From: Deltaproteobacteria bacterium
GTDB lineage: Bacteria; Myxococcota_A; Polyangia; Fen-1088
Assembly (NCBI GenBank): GCA_033763315.1
Contig: JANRKS010000006.1
Span: 223,568-287,567 of the forward strand
DNA: 64,000 nucleotides
Direction: 5' to 3'
The notes under the pieces are model-generated. The model saw nothing but the letters and a program-made list of their open reading frames with translations. It did no database searches and had not been told where the DNA came from. Below are positions 59,626 to 64,000 of this stretch, one piece after another. The number at the start of each line of letters is the position of its first letter. The stretch's first letter is position 1. The translations under genes were made by a program, and so were the position numbers.

Positions 59626-60747
59626 ATGATGGCCTTGTTCAAGCGGAATGAAGAGCGCGCTCAGCTGCTGAGTTTTTATCGGCCGTGGTACCGGCGCCCC
59701 TCGATCTGGCTGGCGTTGTTGCTGCCATCGTTCTTGTTGGTGCGTCTGGCCGCCACGCCGCTGGCTTGGTATCAAGTTCGTTCGCAGCTTGCGGACCTGC
59801 CGGATTACGATGTGTCGTTTTCGAGCATGTCGTTGGCGATGCTCGGCAAGCGGGTGATCTTCCGCAACGTGAAGGTGTTTCATCGCAGTGAGAGCCAACG
59901 CGACGATGGCCACGCCTTGGCGAGCATTCCGTTTATTGAAGTGGATTTGCCTATGCTGCGGTTGTTGAGGGGCGGGCCCGTGGATCAGCTTCTGTTGATC
60001 GAGCCCACCTTTCGCTTGCGCGTCGATGCGCAACTTGCGGCAACCGTGGATGCGAAGCAGGCTTGGATGACGGCGCTGCGGCGGCTGCCGTTGCAGCAGA
60101 TCAACGGTCTGCGCATTCAGCGGGGCACGGTTTTGGCGGCGGATCAAAGCGCGCTGCGTGGCTTGGACCGGGCGTTGGTGCGCGACTTAGACGCTGTGAT
60201 CACAGGCCTTGCCATTCACGGCGCGCAAACACGCGTGCATGCGAAGATCAACGGCGGCCTGTTCCTGGGCAGCGGCATTCTCAAGGGCGAAGCTTCGTTT
60301 GTGCGCGACGGTGAACGTTCCTGGGATTTCAGCGGTGATCTGTTCGTGGCGGGGCTGGATCTACAGGACGTTCAGGCACACGCGCTGGCGCCGGGTGTGG
60401 CAACGGCGCCAGCGCCTCAAGGGAAGTTCCGCATAAAGGCGACGTATGAAGCCAAACACGGTCAACTTACGGCCACACTCGAAACGGAAGCGGCCAAAGA
60501 TCCGGCGGCAGGGTTTGGCGACGAGGTTGTTTCGGCGTTAACCGCCAAGGCCACGCGGAACACAGGCATGACTGTGTGGCTTGAAGGCAACCGCATGCAC
60601 GCGGCCTTGCCTCCCACGATGGCACCGCTGCGCTTTGCGGCCGTGTTTCCCGCGATCGTGTTGCAGGGGGCGGCGCAAGCGTGCAAAGCGGCGCCGCCGC
60701 CGTCGGTGGCCGCTGATGTGACGGCGGACGCGCCGGTGCCAGAGTGA
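59626..60747 (+). CDS. DUF748/AsmA-like protein
   Basis: N-terminal anchor followed by a beta-rich AsmA-like pattern. Confidence 0.6.
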   Translation: MMALFKRNEERAQLLSFYRPWYRRPSIWLALLLPSFLLVRLAATPLAWYQVRSQLADLPDYDVSFSSMSLAMLGKRVIFRNVKVFHRSESQRDDGHALASIPFIEVDLPMLRLLRGGPVDQLLLIEPTFRLRVDAQLAATVDAKQAWMTALRRLPLQQINGLRIQRGTVLAADQSALRGLDRALVRDLDAVITGLAIHGAQTRVHAKINGGLFLGSGILKGEASFVRDGERSWDFSGDLFVAGLDLQDVQAHALAPGVATAPAPQGKFRIKATYEAKHGQLTATLETEAAKDPAAGFGDEVVSALTAKATRNTGMTVWLEGNRMHAALPPTMAPLRFAAVFPAIVLQGAAQACKAAPPPSVAADVTADAPVPE

Positions 60748-61116
60748 ATGAGAGAGGCGGGTGGTGGAGCTGTGCCTAGGTAACCATCACACCGATCGCG
60801 GTACAAAACATGCGGCTGCGCAAGCCGGCGGTGGCGCCGCTGGCTTGGTCCTTCCCAGAGTGCAGGCCGCGTGTTCCGCCAAGAGTCTCACCACCAAGCA
60901 TGGCCCTTGCAATCGGCTGAGGTGCACGTTGAAGAGCACTGGCTGCTTTGGGACGTGGGCGCTCGCGCCCGAGGCGATTGAGAAAGAAAACGGCCCTCGA
61001 TCTCATTAAGCCGCTAAATTGAGTGGCTATGCGACTTAATGTTGGTTCGGCGGTACCAAGCTGGTGGCTGAACTTGCGGAACGAGAGGCTAACTTTGGCG
61101 GGTGAGTCGAGCGAAG

Positions 61117-62496
61117 ATGTCACACGCTGAACATTTCCTTTCGCGCCTCATTCGGCTGGCTGATGATGAGGTGAACCTTGCGCTTGCCCTTTATCACGAC
61201 TCGGCCTGGGTGCGGCAGATTTTGCAATCGTCGGCAGTGCCGGAGGCTGTTGAGCGTGTGGCGTTGTCGCTTGACGATCTGCAACGTGGGCCTTTTCTGA
61301 TCGTCACGCGCGACGGGCATTTCGTAACCTGTCTAGCTCGCGATATGGATCCGGGCTCGCTGCCGGTGATTGCACGCGATCGGCTTAATTCCTTCGCCGT
61401 GAAGGTGGAACGTGAACGCGAGCGTGCGGCTTTGCAAGGGCGAATTGAGGGCGGCGATGCTCGGTTGCGGGTGTTGATGAGGCGACTGTTCTTGGATGCT
61501 GACTCGATCAGCCGCGAAGATTTTTTGGAGATCGCGGCATGGGAACCGCTGCTTGGCCCTGTGTTCCTCAACACTTACGTGGCGATGGCCACAGAGCTCT
61601 CGATGCAGACGGCGCTATTGTCCCAAAAGCGTTTGGCGCGGCGGGCTTCAGACTTAGCGCTGCGCGAGTATTGGCACTTGCTTCATGCCGCGGGGCACGT
61701 TGCTTTGCTGGGCTCTATGACGAACGACCGCAAGGATTACGACGCAATTGCGGAAAGCACGCCGGGTGTCCGGTCGGCGTTCAGTTACCCGTTGACGGGG
61801 ACAGGCGTGACCACATTCATGCTGAAGGGCGCTTGGGCGGCAGGGCGCGTGGGCAAACCCATGTTGCCGGCCTTCAAGCGAGCGCTTTGCGAGGACGTTT
61901 CTCTTTTCGAGCTGTTCGATAGCTTGTTGGTATTGCTGGCGCTTGGCCGACGATCGTCGAAGTATCGGGCCGAGATCAAGAAGGCGGTGTTGGCTGCGCC
62001 AAGGAAGGCGACCACACCAGAAGCCGTCGCCCTGCGCGCTGCCTTGGGCCGGGAGATAGAGCTGGTTTGCGAGCTCACGGCAAGCCTGCTGGACGCTTCA
62101 CGAAACGACTTGGATGAAATGCTTTTTCGCGTGGGGGCACGCTACTTCGAAGATCATAATCAATTTGCGAAGGACCGTGAGATCCAGGACATCGCCACCA
62201 CGCTGCCGCTGCTTTCATGGACCGATGGCATCACGGACGGCACCAGCCTCGTTCGAACATTCAATCTCACGGCGGTGGCGTCGGAGCTGCCGCCCGAACG
62301 TTTCTATCTTCCACGTGCGGCACTTGATGAGTTTCGTGAGCCGTGGACTCCGGATCACACGTGGCGAATGCTGGATCCGATGACGAAGGCAGCGAAGACC
62401 CGAGCGCCGGCGCGAAGAGAGCAGGGGAAGGTAGGGCGCAATGAATTGTGCGCGTGCGGCTCGGGAAGGAAGAGCAAGCGCTGCTGTGGGGCGTAA
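61117..62496 (+). CDS. SEC-C motif protein
   Basis: C-terminal 'KVGRNELCACGSGRKSKRCC'; rest helical, unknown function. Confidence 0.85.
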   Translation: MSHAEHFLSRLIRLADDEVNLALALYHDSAWVRQILQSSAVPEAVERVALSLDDLQRGPFLIVTRDGHFVTCLARDMDPGSLPVIARDRLNSFAVKVERERERAALQGRIEGGDARLRVLMRRLFLDADSISREDFLEIAAWEPLLGPVFLNTYVAMATELSMQTALLSQKRLARRASDLALREYWHLLHAAGHVALLGSMTNDRKDYDAIAESTPGVRSAFSYPLTGTGVTTFMLKGAWAAGRVGKPMLPAFKRALCEDVSLFELFDSLLVLLALGRRSSKYRAEIKKAVLAAPRKATTPEAVALRAALGREIELVCELTASLLDASRNDLDEMLFRVGARYFEDHNQFAKDREIQDIATTLPLLSWTDGITDGTSLVRTFNLTAVASELPPERFYLPRAALDEFREPWTPDHTWRMLDPMTKAAKTRAPARREQGKVGRNELCACGSGRKSKRCCGA

Positions 62497-62584
62497 GGTG
62501 GGGGCGGGGGGTGTGTTTCCAGGGCTCGTTCAGCAACGAGCTAAAGAGACTTCCGGCCGCAGCCGCTTCGGTTTCGTCTAGACA

Positions 62585-64000
62585 GCTTCAACGGGGCCCT
62601 CGTTTAACAACGGGGGAAAGGAGCCATGCAGGTTCTTCCATTGCGGGAAACGGCGATGCCTCAACGGGGCGCTCGTTCAACAACGAGTGAAAGTGGCATT
62701 TGTAGAGGTTGGGACGTAGGGAACAAAGTGCGCTTCAACGGGGCCCTCGTTCAACAACGAGGGAAAGCTGCCCAAGCCCGCGGGGGCAACGTGGCGTCGG
62801 CTGGCTTCAACGGGGCCCTCGTTCAACAACGAGGGAAAGCTGAGGATCTGGCAAGCATCCAAACCGGCCTAGTCGCTTCAACGGGGCCCTCGTTCAACAA
62901 CGAGGGAAAGACAACGCGCGTAGAGATTGCCGCGACCGTGAGGAAGCTTCAACGGGGCCCTCGTTCAACAACGAGGGAAAGTTCGCAAAGTGGCCCACCA
63001 TGCAATCGCCTTCGTTGCTTCAACGGGGCCCTCGTTCAACAACGAGGGAAAGGGTATCAAGCTGGACGTGAGTTGGTCTGTCGGATTGCTTCAACGGGGC
63101 CCTCGTTCAACAACGAGGGAAAGGGCTGGCAAGCGCATCCATTTGAAAGCCAGGTAAGAGGCTTCAACGGGGCCCTCGTTCAACAACGAGGGAAAGTCGC
63201 TCATCGTGACAAACATTTCGGGTGTGGCCCAGCTTCAACGGGGCCCTCGTTCAACAACGAGGGAAAGCAGAATTGAAACCGAGGTGGGCAGGGAGCTCAA
63301 TACCATGCTTCAACGGGGCCCTCGTTCAACAACGAGGGAAAGCCAGAACTTGTTGTTTGTGGTGTCCACCACCACAGGCGGCTTCAACGGGGCCCTCGTT
63401 CAACAACGAGGGAAAGGCCGCCTGTTGTCCCTGTGGGGTTTGCCGTTGAGTTCGGCTTCAACGGGGCCCTCGTTCAACAACGAGGGAAAGACCCACAATG
63501 CCCAAAGCACAAGACGCAGAACCAGCAGCTTCAACGGGGCCCTCGTTCAACAACGAGGGAAAGAGTGCCCAACGGTCGTTGACCTCGAAGCCATCAGCTG
63601 CTTCAACGGGGCCCTCGTTCAACAACGAGGGAAAGCCCAGCGCCGCCCGGCAGGCGCGCATTGAATCGACGGGCTTCAACGGGGCCCTCGTTCAACAACG
63701 AGGGAAAGACACCGTGCTTCAAGGTGAACTGACCACCTTGTTTTGAGCTTCAACGGGGCCCTCGTTCAACAACGAGGGAAAGCTCCCCCCAAGACGGCCT
63801 CCCCACCCAAAACCGCTTGTAGGCTTCAACGGGGCCCTCGTTCAACAACGAGGGAAAGTTGAGATCTTCATCAAGGTCCCTACGGAAGCGGCGTGGCTTC
63901 AACGGGGCCCTCGTTCAACAACGAGGGAAAGCAGGCTTCACCCTCAAGACTTTCTGACCCGTCGAAGCTTCAACGGGGCCCTCGTTCAACAACGAGGGAA
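62585..64000 (-). CRISPR. CRISPR array (type I-G/I-U-like repeat), trailer end, truncated by the window edge
   Basis: 20 copies of the 36-bp GCTTCAACGGGGCCCTCGTTCAACAACGAGGGAAAG (first two degenerate, last cut by the window) with about 35-40 bp unique spacers; 8-bp stem; minus strand ends GTTGAAGC; an extra eroded copy at ~62515-62546. Confidence 0.98.

Noticed and set aside
63716-63722. GCTTCAA inside a spacer, matching the repeat start
   Set aside because: A 7-nt match is expected by chance; spacer length is normal
62626-63746. ORFs across the CRISPR array
   Set aside because: Translations of repeat-spacer units, not genes

Overview
High-GC bacterial window whose gene content (MXAN_5187-family protein, tandem TolQ/ExbD motor genes, Ser/Thr kinase + PEGA/TPR + Cys-rich lipoprotein operons) suggests a myxobacterium; the taxonomy is inferred. 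Positions 1-30.6 kb look like core genome: MoxR/DUF58/VWA and DUF4175/peptidase genes, an ECF sigma factor behind a sigma54-type promoter, two peptidoglycan synthases, a sulfatase-fold protein, a large TPR protein, queF, and a 2xTolQ-2xExbD-HEAT operon. tRNA-Arg(TCG) and tRNA-Lys(CTT) at 30.7-30.9 kb open an accessory region of about 28 kb. It holds an integrase-less 0.8-kb islet bounded by a 50-bp tRNA-Lys direct repeat, a class II Fic gene, an orphan T6SS-type ketosynthase-like gene with an AHH nuclease/Imm11 pair, two parallel LuxR-kinase-TPR/PEGA-Cys-rich-lipoprotein cassettes sharing an upstream motif, and a di-heme cytochrome/phospholipase C/bEBP/patatin cluster. The window ends in the trailer part of a CRISPR array with type I-G-like repeats and no cas genes in view. 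All product calls come from motif recognition by eye; no database searches were run. The best candidates for an undescribed system are the twin LuxR-kinase cassettes and the lipid-enzyme cluster, and both are inferences.
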